NCBI GenBank assembly: GCA_951406725.2
Contig: OX597828.1
Coordinates: forward strand, 46,190,001 to 46,254,000
DNA: 64,000 bases
Origin: Octopus vulgaris
Taxonomy: Eukaryota
Direction: 5' to 3'
Under the pieces are notes generated by a model. It had not been told where the DNA came from. It searched no databases and saw only the letters and a list, made by a program, of their open reading frames with translations. The position numbers were made by a program, and so were the translations under genes. This document shows, in pieces, positions 1 through 14,304 of the stretch. Position 1 is the first letter of the stretch, and each line of letters begins with the position of its first letter.

Positions 1-19
1 GAAAGAGGGGAGTGAGAGT

Positions 20-59
<40 letters not shown>

Positions 60-195
60 GCAGCAGTAAAACAGAAATAAGTATATCGAAGGCGAAAGGG
101 AGACAGTCTAGTACAGTGAAAGTAAATAGCTAATTCAGAGGAAGTAAGGTTTTTGAAAGTAGAACATGCATATCTAAGGAAAATTTTTTAAATAC

Positions 196-283
<88 letters not shown>

Positions 284-479
284 ACAACAACAACAATAAG
301 AGTACAAATAAGGTGAAGATGGCACCGTTAATCATGCTTGGCATTTGGCTTTGAGTATTTGGCTTTCATTGTGAATGAAACGTAAGAGGAGAACAAAGAT
401 AGAAAAAGATGCAGTCGTAAAAAGGAAACTAAAGTAGTTTAAAAAGAATATGTAGTAGCAGTAGTAGTAGTAGCAACAG

Positions 480-520
<41 letters not shown>

Positions 521-527
521 TTATTAC

Positions 528-585
<58 letters not shown>

Positions 586-590
586 TTCGT

Positions 591-940
591 CGAGGCGAGC
601 TGGCAGAATCGTTAGCACGCCGGGCGAAATGCGTAGCTGAATTTCGTCTGCCGTTACGTTCTCAGTTCAAATTCCGCCGTGGTCGACTTTGCCTTTCATC
701 CTTTCGGGGTCGATAAATTAAGTACCAGTTACGTACTGGGGTTGATGTAATCGATTGTTCCGTTTGTTTGTCCTTGTTTGTCCCCTCTGTGTTTAGCCCC
801 TTGCTGAGTTCAAAATTCCGCCGAGCTCGAATTTGCCTTTCATCCTTCCGGAATCGGTACATCAAGTACCAGTGAAACACTGGGGTCGATGTAATCGACT
901 TAATGCCCTCACCTAAGCTGCCCTTGCGGTAAAAATTTGA
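591..940 (+). mobile_element. tRNA-headed SINE family A, full copy plus partial tandem second copy
   Basis: A-box-like TGGCAGAATCG and B-box-like GTTCAAATTCC; central motif GTCGACTTTGCCTTTCATCCTTTCGGGGTCGATAAATTAAGTACCAG recurs at 30.3-30.7 kb and 50.1-50.3 kb; second copy restarts at CTGAGTTCAAA (~804). Confidence 0.85.
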
Positions 941-1039
941 AAAAAAAATCATCATCATCATCACCATCATCGTTGTTGTTATGTGTGTGCGTATGTATTA
1001 ATCTATCGGTATGTGTTTATGTGTATGTATATATGCATA

Positions 1040-1070
<31 letters not shown>

Positions 1071-1074
1071 TATT

Positions 1075-1530
1075 GTCTTTGGAGAGATTCTAACGCTGGA
1101 GATGTACTACGGTGCCAATTATTCACTACCAGTGACCTGTTGTAACGCCTCTTATTTTTCGGGTACTATTCGGACTTTTCGAGCGGTTCCAAGCAGTACT
1201 GTTAACCTCCACTGCTTAACCTCCCAAGCTAACTTGTCATATCTTCAACTTTTCTTTCTTCCTTATCGCATACCTTGTTGTCGGCTGGGCATGCTATATC
1301 TATGATCCAGCATTGTTTGGTTTCTTTCTCAATTAACACCATGTCTGGCTTCCTATTTTTAATCTCATGGTCGCACTCAATCATAAAATCCCATAAGATC
1401 TTTGTATTATCATTTTCGATGATGCCTTCGGGTTTATGTTCGTATATTATCATTATAGATGTCGCAGAGTATACGATATCGTGAGGTTGTGGATTGAAGA
1501 TATTGTGTCTACTGGGAGTTTGCATTGTCT
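1075..1530 (-). mobile_element. R4/Dong-type non-LTR retrotransposon 3' fragment (restriction-like endonuclease domain), decayed
   Basis: ORF 1229..1525 has ILWDFMIECDHEIKNRKPDMVLI..CWIIDIACP (PD..D RLE motif); 3' end abuts an (AAT)n tract. Confidence 0.8.
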
Positions 1531-1531
1531 G

Positions 1532-1795
1532 TCAAGTCACAACAAGTACCTCACACAGACTGTACTTTATGCAATATGCGTGCAAGTCCAAGTAATGCTG
1601 ACTTGCAATACATCTAGATTGTAGGGTATCTCTAAGGTTCTCAGATATTTTTTTCAGATTGGGTGGTATTGAACCCAATGCTCCGATGATAATAGGGATA
1701 AACCTCATGTTCGACTCTCGTAGCTGCCACATCATAGCGATCTCAATTTTCAGGTTTTCATATTTATCAACTTTTTCTCTTTCTTTCATGATGAT
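1532..1795 (-). mobile_element. R4/Dong-type retrotransposon extreme C-terminal fragment
   Basis: EKVDKYENLKIEIAMMWQL..IPIIIGALG matches the KxxKY..W..PxxxGALG end of the ORFs at 34982 and 36791. Confidence 0.8.
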
Positions 1796-2786
1796 ATTTT
1801 AGAAAATAAAAATAAGAAATAAGTGGAAATTTTACCGGTGAGTGTGTTAAACAATAAGGCACTAAAAGAGAATGACTCTCTCCAGACACAACAGAATATG
1901 CTTCAACACACGAACTCATATAAAGAATCTTGCAAACCAAATCCAAAACAGAAATTCCATTTCATGTTCCTATTTCTACGCTGTGTTTTCCCAGTGCTTC
2001 TACGTATTTAGTATTATCAGAGAACCCACTGTTTCTAATATTCATCTGCATCCATTGAAGTATTTTCACCGGAGGAGACCCGTTTGTTGCTATTATCAGC
2101 CAAGTTGTTATGCAATGGGTGCTTGGGCGATCCGGAGCCGAAGTTTCCTACACCCAATCTCTCGGCTTACGTAAAAAAAAAAAAACGCGCCATTTCAATC
2201 TAAGAAAGTCTTTCGTTTACTTAGAAATGCATACACACATACATGCATATGTGCTAGTGTGCGGGCAAGATTTTGTTTTTGTACACGTGTGTGCATGTGT
2301 GTGTGTGTAATTCTTTGTGTTTGTCATTCTACACCAACACTACTTGACAACGAATGTTGGTGCGTTAACGTCCCCCGTAACTTAGCAGTTCGGTTAATTA
2401 AAGGCGGGGATACAATACGTACTAGACTTAATATTAAGCAACTGGGTCGATTTGCACGACTTAACCCATCGAGACGGGACCCCAGCATGGACCTAGCCGG
2501 AAAGACTTAGACAAGTAAAAGATCAAAGATGTCAGATATGTACGTACGCACACACACACACACACATACACACACATACGTATGCATATTCTTGTGCTTC
2601 TCTCGAAAGCTATGCACACACACACACACACGTACAAATGTGAATATATATTATATATATATATACACTCACATAGTCTCACTGACTTTCCCACTCTCTC
2701 TTCCTCACTTTCTCTCATGCATACACACATGCAAACACTCTCTCACCCCCATACACACAAACATACCCCTACACACAAACATCCCC

Positions 2787-2852
<66 letters not shown>

Positions 2853-3183
2853 CTATATGTGTGTTTGTATTTATTTAGCGGCGGTAATTATATGACAAAG
2901 GTGAATAACTTGAGATCAAATTATTAGAGGGTTTTTTTCCGGATTACATTTTTTTGTTTTTTCTTTTCTTTTTTTTTAATTTTTGCTTCTTCATTTTGTT
3001 GTCTTCTACTGTCTTGGAATATTCCCACGAGACGTGCTCCAAACCTGCAGCATTCCTTACATTGTTGCTATGGTCACCGACATTTATTATCAATGCTACA
3101 AAGGAAAGGACAACCTCGAAATTCAGAATACTATTTGACATGTAACTAAGTTACGCGGCCGATTACGCTGACGACAACAACGG

Positions 3184-3292
3184 TGATGATGACAATGATG
3201 ATAATGACGATGATGGTGACATTGATGATGATGATGATGAGGTTGATGGTGATGGTGATGGTGATGATGATGATGATGTTGATTGATGGTGA

Positions 3293-3326
<34 letters not shown>

Positions 3327-3354
3327 GGTGATGGTGACGGTGACGGTGAGGAGG

Positions 3355-3386
<32 letters not shown>

Positions 3387-3400
3387 AATGATGGTGATGG

Positions 3401-3450
<50 letters not shown>

Positions 3451-3463
3451 GTGATGGTGATGG

Positions 3464-3495
<32 letters not shown>

Positions 3496-3502
3496 GTGAT
3501 GG

Positions 3503-3534
<32 letters not shown>

Positions 3535-3579
3535 ATGATGAAGGTGGTGATGATGATGGTAAAGATAATGATGATGATA

Positions 3580-3618
<39 letters not shown>

Positions 3619-3772
3619 GTGGTGATTATGATGAAGGTGGTGATGATGATGGTAAAGATAATGATGATGATAATGATGATGATGATGATGATGATGATGG
3701 TGGTGATGATGACGTTGACGACGCTGGAGGTGGTGGTGGTAGTAGTGGTGTTGTTGGTGGTGTTGGTGTGTT
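3184..3772. repeat. compound (GAT)n/(GGT)n microsatellite with internal 93-bp higher-order duplication
   Basis: GATTATGATGAAGGTGGTGATGATGATGGTAAAGATAATG occurs at 3531 and 3624. Confidence 0.95.
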
Positions 3773-3984
3773 GGGAAGATGGAGGTGGTTCTTGTGCAAT
3801 TATAATAGAAGAATATTTCAAACATTCGGCAGAGGGCCAGAATTTTAGTTTTGTTTTCACCTTTTTTTTTATATGAATTCGCGGGGGTGGGTTCGTCAAT
3901 TTATTCAAGCCTAGTCCTCTGTTGATTGCTTTATTTTCTCTTGATATTTGGGGTTTGACTCAAAACCTAAAGAGACAGAAAATA

Positions 3985-4150
3985 GGCACAGGAGTGGCTG
4001 TGTGGTAAGTAGCTTGTTTACTAACCACATGGTTCCGGGTTCAGTCCCACTGCGTGGCACCTTGGACAAGTGTCTTCTACTATAGTCTCGGGCTGACTAA
4101 AGCCTTGTGAGTGGATTTGGTAGACGGAAACTGAAAGAAGCGCGTTGTAC

Positions 4151-4211
<61 letters not shown>

Positions 4212-4440
4212 TGTGTGTGTTTGTTCGTCTGTGTTTGTCCCCCTAGCATTGCTTGACAACTGATGCTTGTGTGTTTATGTCCCCGTTACTTAGCGGTTCG
4301 GCAAAAGAGACCGATAGAATAAGTACTGGGCTTACAAAAGAATAAATCCCGGGGTCGAGTTGCTCGATTAAAGGCGGTGCTCCAGCATGGCCGCAGTCAA
4401 ATGACTGAAACAAGTAAAAGAGTAAAGAGTAAAAGAGTAA
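3985..4440 (+). mobile_element. SINE family B (tRNA-like head, CORE-like segment, internal (TA)n(TG)n, AAAAGAGT tail)
   Basis: A box TGGCTGTGTGG, B box GGTTCAGTCCC, GGCACCTTGG(A/G)CAAGTGTCTT segment resembling the CORE-SINE domain; more than 12 homologous copies in the window. Confidence 0.9.
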
Positions 4441-4703
4441 CAAAGTATGCTAGGCTGCTTTCCGACTTTGTAGTCTCGGGTTCAGTCTCACTGCGTAGCA
4501 CCTACGACAAGTACCTTCTACTACATCCCCGGGTCGACAAAATTTCATAGACGAAAACTGAAGGATATCCGTCACATGCGGTTTCATTTCGCCTATCTTT
4601 GACATCCACCGTGTCTTTTAACATAATACATCTTGCCTTTGTAAAAAAAGATCAGAAATAATTATTACAAGTGGATGATAAACAGAATTCTTAAAATGTA
4701 AAG

Positions 4704-4983
4704 TAGAGGCGCAATGGCCCAGTGTTTAGGGCAGCGGACTCGCGTCGGAAGATCGCGGTTTCGATTCCCAGACCGGGCGTTGTGTGTATTTATTGAGCGA
4801 GAACAACTAAAGCTCCACGAGGTTCCGCCCCAACTTTCTCTCATTCTTTCTTCCTGTTTCTTGAGTAACGCTGCGATGGACTGGCGTCCAGTCCAGCTGG
4901 GGGGAACACAAACGCCATAGAAACCGGGAAACCGGGCCCATGAGCCTGGCTAGGCTTGAAAAGGGCGCATAATAAAATAAATA
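4704..4983 (+). mobile_element. SINE with family C tRNA-Arg-like head and a different 3' module
   Basis: Head GGCGCAATGGCCCAGTG..GACTCGCG..GGTTTCGATTCCC as at 50681; tail CTGCGATGGACTGGCGTCCAGTCCAG..GAAACCGGG differs from family C. Confidence 0.8.
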
Positions 4984-5342
4984 AGTATGTGATATTAGTA
5001 AAGTGTATAAGTGTCTTACGTCTGTGTGTCTGTGTGCGTGCGTATGTGTGTGTGCGTATCCGTGTTTGTCTCTGTGTTACGTCTGTGTGTGTGCGTATGC
5101 GTGTTTGTCTCTGTGTATGTACGTGTGTGCGTATGTATGTGTGAGTTGTGTGTGCACGTCTGCGAGTGTATGTGTGCGTGTGTCCCCGTCCCTCATCAAT
5201 CGCTTGACAACCGGTATCAGTTAGTTTATGCAACACGATAGTAATTAAATATGTTCCAGGCTTTAACAAGTTAGTACTGGGGTTGAATTGGTCTTCAGGA
5301 ATCTTCAATGTGGTGTCCCCAGCGTAGCTGCAATTCAAGGGA

Positions 5343-5560
5343 ACTCTTTTACTTGTTTCAGTCATTTGACTGCGGCCATGCTGGAGCACTGCCTTTAGTC
5401 GAGCAAATCGACCCCGGGACTTATTCTTTGTAAGCCCAGTACTTATTCTATCGGTCTCTTTTTGCCGAACCGCTAAGTGACGGGGACGTAAACACACCAG
5501 TATCGGTTGTCAAGCAATGCTAGGGGGACAAACACAGACACACAAACATATACACACACA

Positions 5561-5608
<48 letters not shown>

Positions 5609-5734
5609 TACGACAGGCTTCTTTCAGTTTCCGTCTACCAAATCCACTCACAAGGCATTGGTTGGCCTGGGACTATAGCAGAAGACGCTTGCCCAAGATG
5701 CCACGCAGTGGGACTGAACCCGGAACCATGTGGT
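5343..5734 (-). mobile_element. SINE family B copy (head slightly truncated)
   Basis: Reverse-complement homology to 3985-4440; lies tail-to-tail with a decayed + strand 3' half at ~5185-5340. Confidence 0.9.
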
Positions 5735-5974
5735 AAAATATAAAATAAAACGGCTTCAAAATGTGGCACAAGGCCGGCAACATTGGATGTGGCGTTAGTA
5801 AAATTACATCGGACCCCACCCCATCAGTGCTCCACTGATAGTTATTTTATAGATGACAAAAAACAAAGAATGAAAGGTAAAATCGAGTTTGGTGGAATTT
5901 GAACGAGTATCAAAAAGCCAGAAAACATTAATCAAACCATACTTTGCGACTTTAGCGTTTCTACCATGTTTGAA

Positions 5975-6036
<62 letters not shown>

Positions 6037-6084
6037 CACACACTACTACTACTACTGCTACCACCACCACTACTACTACTACTG

Positions 6085-6166
<82 letters not shown>

Positions 6167-6209
6167 TACTACTTCTACTAGTACTACTACTACTACTACT
6201 ACTACTACT

Positions 6210-6248
<39 letters not shown>

Positions 6249-6249
<1 letters not shown>

Positions 6250-6355
6250 CACGTGCCTGGTGTACCCTTATCAGACGGGTAGTCATGATGGGTATGCTGA
6301 GCTTCGTATATTTTACCCCAGTGTCACTTTGATGGCATGCACTGCTCTCTCACTC

Positions 6356-6357
<2 letters not shown>
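6249..6357 (+). mobile_element. short 3'-end copy of an (AAT)n-targeting retroposon
   Basis: Near-identical to 6886-6993 and to 54031-54142 (reverse); ends CTGCTCTCTCACTC-(AAT)n. Confidence 0.8.
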
Positions 6358-6434
<77 letters not shown>

Positions 6435-6437
<3 letters not shown>

Positions 6438-6993
6438 GCCCTGATGCAGTACCAGGCAGTGGCTCTCATGGCTTCTGATCTTAACTGATTGGAAGTGTTA
6501 TCATGTACGTTGTTTTGTCTTGGTATAAAAGATGGGCTACAGCAAATATTCTGCTCAATACCACAGATTTGCTCGTCAGTTGTTTGACCTTAACCAGTTG
6601 AGCATGTCCCTTAGTGGCTGACGATATGTGCATCTCTGATCACGAGCGGAAGTAGTGGGGGAGCATCATGACCATGTGTTGATGGGGGATTCTTTGGGGT
6701 TTGAATAATTCACCTCTGGAAACATGAGTGGTTCTTTCAACATCCTTAAACAACCCTTATTCAGAGACCTTTTGAGCGGGATGGGCTACTCAACATGAAG
6801 AAAATTCTAACTGGGCCCCACCTGCAAGGTCATGTGCTGTTTATCTTGATATGACATCACCATGTCGCGCACATATGGTTGTGATGCATGTGCCTGGTGT
6901 ACCTTTATCAGACGGGTAGTCATGATGGGTATATTGGGCTTCGTATATTTTACCCCAGTTTCACTTTGATGGCATGCACTGCTCTCTCACTCA
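6435..6993 (+). mobile_element. longer non-coding copy of the same (AAT)n-targeting retroposon
   Basis: Flanked on both sides by (AAT)n; shares its 3' terminus with two shorter copies. Confidence 0.75.
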
Positions 6994-7004
6994 ATAATAA
7001 TAAT

Positions 7005-7470
7005 AGTTGGAGACTTGCAAAATGCTCTGGGATTTCCCAATATAAATAGATGAGGTGCCAGACCACAGCAGAACAGACCTATTAGTGGTCGACAAGATGC
7101 ACCACATATGCTATATAGTCGATGTTACATGCCTCTTTGACCCACGAATATGCAAGAAGGAAGGCGAAAAGATAGATAGATACAACCTTATTAAGTACGA
7201 AATAGCCCGGTAATGGAAAATGAAGAGGGGGAAGAAAGTGCCAATTATTGTTGGGTTCTTGGGAAGAGTATCGGAAGGCATCAAGAGAAATATAGAGGGG
7301 ATTGGAATAGAGTTCAGAGAGGAACTGTTACAAAAGGCTTGCCTCCTTGCACGGCTAGGATAATCAAGATATTAGTTGAAAAGAACAAATAGTATGGTAC
7401 CGTAGTCTGCAGGCAGTAATGCCGCTACACATGCTAGCCTGCTACGCAACAAAATCTGAGATAAAATGAA
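7005..7470 (+). mobile_element. decayed R4/Dong-type RLE fragment
   Basis: Manual translation KMLWDFPI*IDEVPDHSRTDLLVVDK..CYIVDVTC..KIDRY..VPIIVGFLG with stops; (AAT)n on both sides. Confidence 0.75.
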
Positions 7471-7497
7471 ATAATGATGATAATAATAATAATAATG

Positions 7498-7567
<70 letters not shown>

Positions 7568-7571
<4 letters not shown>

Positions 7572-7920
7572 AAAACAATACCTGTTGTCATAGGTGCCCT
7601 GGGAATGATCGCAAAAGGGCCTGATTGCTACATAGCTCAGATACCAGGAAACCCCAAAATGGCAGAAATTCAAAAGATAGTGCTGAAGGGAACTGTCCAT
7701 ATCCTACGCAAATACTTTGTATGTAATCTCAAGTTTTAAAACAAACATAATTTTCTTATGGTTTCTTAAACATTCTCTAGAACAACACTATGTACAAAGC
7801 TAAATATATGGCACCCTAGGCATAACATCAACACGATCTTCTAACTTGTTTGTTTCTTGAGGTTTCTGGGTGAGACTTGGAGCCAACTTGTACAAATGTA
7901 AAGCAAAAGTCTAACATAAA
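7568..7920 (+). mobile_element. R4/Dong-type 3' end (ORF end plus 3' UTR)
   Basis: Homologous to 35084-35180, 37025-37370 and 53230-53580 (reverse); ends in (AAT)n. Confidence 0.85.
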
Positions 7921-7938
7921 ATAATAATAATAATAATA

Positions 7939-7983
<45 letters not shown>

Positions 7984-8645
7984 CTGATATCTTCTTTATA
8001 AAACTAAAGGGTTGGCAAAAAGATTGAGTACAGTAGAGAATGATACAGTACGGGACCACATAAAGGCTGTTTTAAAAAACGGAAATCATAAAACAAAACA
8101 AAATACTTCCTAAAAATATAATTTCTTTTATTTGTCAAATGTGTTTCCTCATTCAATAGAAAAGGTGTTAAAGATATAAAATGTGGGCGTAAAGCACAAC
8201 ATCGTTTTGTAAAAACGCGGTCGATAGGTAAGAAAATAGTAAATGAATAAATGAACATGAAATAAGCATACAGAATAAATAGAAGCTTACTTGAAGAGTA
8301 GAAGAAAGCACAATGAGTGAGGCAAAATCTGAATTTATACAAAGCCGTGAAAATATTTAGGGTTATTCGGCCAAACATGACTCAGAAATCAATGGAGATG
8401 TAACGCCAGGGCGTGCAAAAACATCGCTCTCTCCCACTTCCGGTACGTCCATCGTCAAAAACAATTCAGTTAAATTTCCATAATTGAGGATTGATATAAA
8501 GGTGAATTTGGAATATAAACGCAAGAGTGGTACCAATTGTTAGAACATTGGATCGCAGACGAAAAGCCTCCAGAAACTTCTTGGCTTGACTGGAATCGGT
8601 CGCAGCATTATTGGAAGAGACTCCACATTTCGAAACAAAAAATAT

Positions 8646-9068
8646 ACTCTTTTATACTCTTTTACTCTTTTACTTGTTTCAGTCATTTGACTGCGGCCAT
8701 ACTTGAGCACCGCCTTTAGTCGATCAAATCGACCCCGGGACTTATTCTTTGTAAGCCCAGTACTTATTCCAACGGTCTCTTTTGCCGAACCGCTAGGTTA
8801 CGGGGACGTAAACACACCAGCATCGGTTGTCAAGCAATGCTAGGGAGGACAAACATAGACACACAAACATATACACACACATACATATATATATATACAT
8901 ATATACGACAGGCTTCTTTCAGTTTCCGTCTACCAAATCCACTCACAAGGCATTGGTTGGCCCGAGGCTTTAGCAGAAGACACTTGCCCAAGATGCCACG
9001 CAGTGGGACTGAACCCGGAACCATGTGGTTGGTAAGGAAGCTATTTACCACACAGCCACACCTGCGCC
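8646..9068 (-). mobile_element. SINE family B, full length
   Basis: Reverse-complement homology to 3985-4440 and 41312-41728. Confidence 0.9.
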
Positions 9069-9193
9069 AATACTGTAGAAAGTACGAAATCCAACTCAGG
9101 TTACATAACTTAATAGGGGCTCAGTAAAACAATTCAGTGTTAACAAGATAATCTCTATACAACTCAAGGAATAACAACTACAACAACAACAGC

Positions 9194-9251
<58 letters not shown>

Positions 9252-9568
9252 GTTTCAAATTTTGGCAAAAAGCCAGTCAGTTCGGTAGAGGGTGTAAGAT
9301 TAGATAAGATAGCCTTTACATGGCTCTTCTTATCGCAGTTATAACATCGCAACTTTTGTCGCTACACCATCTTTCGTATGACGTTTCAACAGCTCCGGTA
9401 TTATCTTGCAGTCTAGAAGAGGCAATAGGAATTAGATAATCCATTGCGATTCCTACCGATTACATGTGTCTTGTCACGTATACACTAATTCTTCAAATAT
9501 AATGCTCTACAAAGGCTACATAAAGCTTAAATCACTTCGATCCTAGACCTGACAGCCTTCTGTATGTA

Positions 9569-10477
9569 CGAGGGATACCTAAAAGTAAGAAGATACGTTT
9601 TCTGTGGGACAAACCCGTTGTAGTTCAGAAACCACTTGACTCGACAGAAATCACTTGATGCCACTGTTAGGCATCAATCTTCCGAACAGAGGCGGCGTTT
9701 GATCTCGTACTGTCACATGATGCGTATTTGTTTTGCAGTTCTTCTCCTCTCTTCGTCGAATTTTGCGATGACTGAAACGAAGAATTGCGTGCTTCCGTGA
9801 AATTCTGCTTTTTGCTGGGGAAAACATCCGCCGAAACAGTTGTCTTTATTCAAACAGCTTACAAGGACACTACCATGAGCAAAACACCAGTTTTCGAGTA
9901 GTTTTTACGCTTTAGAAATGGTCACTTGTCACTTGAAGAACAATTTCGTTCTGGACGACCATCGACATTCTAAACGAACGAAAACATCATGAAAATTCAT
10001 GAACTGATCCTGGAGAACCATCAACGAACAATTGGCGAACTTGTTGATGCGGATGCTATGTCTTGAAGTTCTGGCCAATGAATTTTGTGTGAGGAATTGC
10101 GAATGAAAAGAGTTGCAGCAAAATTTGTATCTCGCTTGCTTACGGAAGAACAAAAGCAGTCACGACTAAATACATGTCGTGGAATGAAAGAACAGTTAGA
10201 ATTTGTTCCGGATCTTTTTACGAAGGTCACCACTGGTGACGAAAAGCTGGTGCTAAGGAATTTGCAGATGTGGAAGAGGTGAAGACAAAACCGACGGAAG
10301 CGTTAAAAGGCAGCACTTCGCAAGAGTTCCAGCACTACATGGAATAGTGGAAAACGCGCCTGGACCGATGCATTGCGTTAAATGGAGGATACTACTTTGA
10401 AGGCCATAGAAGTGTAAGCATGTAAAACTAAGGGAATAGAATATTGCGAGATTGCGGTTTCTCTATGGTATACTTCG
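9569..10477 (+). mobile_element. internally deleted, decayed mariner DNA transposon
   Basis: TA-flanked imperfect TIRs (TACGAGGGATACC / GGTATACTTCGTA); translation VKFCFLLGK..RSGRPST..LRMKRVAAKFVSRLLT..TGDE, then a jump to the C-terminal WKTRLDRCIALNGGYYFEG; several stops. Confidence 0.9.
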
Positions 10478-11317
10478 TAATTATGCTGCATCATGTACTA
10501 GGTCACAAGTTTATGAAGGAGAGGTCCCTCCTTCTCTCTCTTTCCTTCTTTTGTTTTTTCTTCGCGCTCTCTCTCTCACTCTCACTCTCTTTCTGTCTCT
10601 CTCTGTCACCGCCTCAGCATTGCTCTTGAAGATGTTGTGATACAATTTTCCACATTTGCACATACACATGCCAAAGCTTCCTTTAAATAGAATTTCGAAA
10701 TAACAGTGGCACGCGTTGGACACATGCAGTAGGCTACTTTTAGTTTTGATCTCTCAAAAACATATTTAAAAATTCTTCAGACAAAGAAAATAGAATGAAT
10801 GTTTACTCATAAAAGTTTTTCTAGGCGCAAGCATGGATGCATGAAGAAGCTTCCTTTGCGATCAATTGGTTTAGGTACTTTCGCTCGGCGACGGAACTTT
10901 GGGCGGCTTTTACAATAGCCCGGGCATTGCTCTGTAAATTAATTTAGTAGACAAAAATTGTGTACAAGTAACTTGCGCGCGCGCGAGTGTTTGTGTGTGT
11001 GTGTTGTCTTTGTCTATGTTATATTCCACCGTTTTACAACCGTTGCTGTTTAGTCTACATCACTGTAACTTAGTGATCTGGCAAAGAAATCTTACAAAAT
11101 AAGTACGAAAACTTAAAAAATAAATTTGTTGCCGATTCGGTGGGCTAAAAGCTACAATATGACCGCAGGCCTATGACATAAGCAAGTAAAGTAAAGAGTG
11201 ATACTCTGCTCTGACCATCACTAAAATTATGTCAAAAATTTCGTCAAAATATTTGTCTCCGTTTCGGTTGTCTGTCCACATTTTGATCATAGATACAGTA
11301 ATATTTTTGTCTATATG

Positions 11318-11353
<36 letters not shown>

Positions 11354-11478
11354 TGTATGTATGTATGTATGTATGTATGTATGTATGTATGTATGTATGT
11401 ACGTATGTATGTATGCATGCATGCATGTATGTATGATTGTATGTATGTATGTATGTGTTTGCATGTATGTATTCTGTA

Positions 11479-11521
<43 letters not shown>

Positions 11522-11877
11522 TGTGCATACATATATGCTATTTAAAATCCTCCAGTAGTGATGATCAAGCTCAAGGTTTCTGGAGTTGTAGGGGACGTGG
11601 TGTCACGTCTTAATTACAATTACAATGAGATCCGTTCTTGCCGGAACGGTAGTACTTCCCAGTGTCCCATATGTGAATTAGATAGATTTCCTAGGGAAAG
11701 AAGAGGCTCCCGTTCTTTTTGACAAAGCCTTTGAGAAAGCTGCTCTCCTAGGAAAAAGATACTTTGACATATAGTACCTGCCATCTTGCAATGCTTGCCA
11801 CTTGAAAATTCTATGGCGACCAAGAGAGTGACGAAAATATGACAAGCATTTGTCATTTAAATACAAAGATAGAGATA

Positions 11878-12470
<593 letters not shown>

Positions 12471-13544
12471 AATATCTCAATAATCGTTGATGTGAGACGG
12501 TAATCATTTGAGAGCATTGGAGTATCATCGTGTTTATATGTACTCATGCATGTATGTCTTTTCGAGTTTCAATTTATATAAATTCTTCCTTTGAAGGAGC
12601 TGGTTTCCAACAAAGATACTAAGTCCCATCTTTAGAATACTGATCACGAGAGTAACGTCACATTTTAAACCCGGGGTAAGTGTTGGATAAATGTAGTCTT
12701 CTGCTTACAGATTGTGTTTGTAATGTCTAAACTTGTTTTTCTGAAAATCCAAGCTTATCCAGACTGACAGTTAGGTATTTATTTACAAAATCAAGTGTAC
12801 AGATTATTATTGATACTAATGTAAATTTGTAATCCGGATATAGAGCCTAGAGGTTTCGAAGCAGTTGTCAATAGCTTTCGTCTTTCAGAAACATATTCAC
12901 ATCAGTAGGACAGCTGACCTCTATGACAGTACATGCTTTTCCTTGTGTGTCTGTTTTTCTGTATGTATGTATCTATCCACCTATATAAATATACACATGT
13001 CGTTCCGGATTCATTCTCACAGTCTGCAACTTGGGCGTTTTCAGGTACAGCCTCGAGCCGACCAGATCTTTGTGAGTACACTTGGTAGACGGAAACTGAA
13101 ATAAGCCCCTATTATGTGTGTGTATGTGTGTGTATGTGTGTGTATGTGTGTGTTTGTGTTTGTGTTTGTGTTTGTGTGTGTCTGAGTCTGTGTTTGTGTG
13201 TGTTTGTCCACCACCACCGCTTGTCGACCGGTGTTGGTGTATTTACGTCAGATAAATTGGCGTTTCAGCAAAGGAGACCTATGTAATAAGTACTTAGTTT
13301 TAAAAAATGATAGAAAAATTTACTGAGGTGTATTAATTCTACTAAGATATTTCAAAGCGGTACCCCAGAATGGCTGCAGTTTCATGACTGAAACAATTAA
13401 AATACAAAAGACTTTTATTTCAATAATACACACACAAATACACAGATTTGCGCATGCGCACGCACACACACACACACACACACAAGCATACGCGCTCAAG
13501 TGGGTGGATAAACGAAAGAAAGTTGCCCTCAGCAAATTTGGTGG

Positions 13545-13592
<48 letters not shown>

Positions 13593-13961
13593 ATGATAAT
13601 AGTTTGACTTAGCGCCTTCAAATTTTGTGGGCGCAGAGGTCAGACCGATTTTATCGGATATCGAGAAAGGAGTAATGCTTATAAGACAATTGCAAGATGG
13701 CTTCTAAATGTTAAGCCTCAATTTGTTAGGTTAGGTCACGTGGTGTTAATTGGCTCACGTGCTCGGAAAGCACGTTGGCGGAGAGCTATAGCCAGTTTGG
13801 CGGAGAGATGTGCTACAGTGTTTTTCAGCGACATCAGTTCATTATGAAAGATACAGTAGAATATTATTAACACATACACATACAAACACACTTGCCTATA
13901 CAAATACACACACACACGCACACACATACACACACACACACACACATATATGTATATATAT

Positions 13962-13963
<2 letters not shown>

Positions 13964-14037
<74 letters not shown>

Positions 14038-14074
14038 GTAGGTAGGTAGGTAGGTAGGTAGGTAGGTAGGTAGG

Positions 14075-14120
<46 letters not shown>
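13964..14120. repeat. (TAGA)n/(TAGG)n tetranucleotide microsatellite
   Basis: Direct reading; similar tracts at 15615-15900, 20550-20640, 49020-49155, 54320-54460, 61368-61480 and 62079-62311. Confidence 0.95.
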
Positions 14121-14145
14121 TGGATATCGATATAGGTATATATAC

Positions 14146-14196
<51 letters not shown>

Positions 14197-14271
14197 TACA
14201 TACACATATACATATGAGAGAGCCGACAAGCTGCAGCAGATCTACATACATACATACATACATACATACAT

Positions 14272-14304
<33 letters not shown>

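Noticed and set aside
3123-3908. Long poly-His/Asp/Met/Ile ORFs on both strands
   Set aside because: Pure translation of (GAT)n/(GGT)n; open in several frames with no domain content
8005-8640. Possible Tc1-like transposon remnant
   Set aside because: No second TIR and no convincing transposase motif seen
12840-12895. Possible minus-strand hammerhead (CTGAAAGA..GAAAC)
   Set aside because: Core spacing is wrong and there is no stem I or cleavage triplet; too degenerate to support
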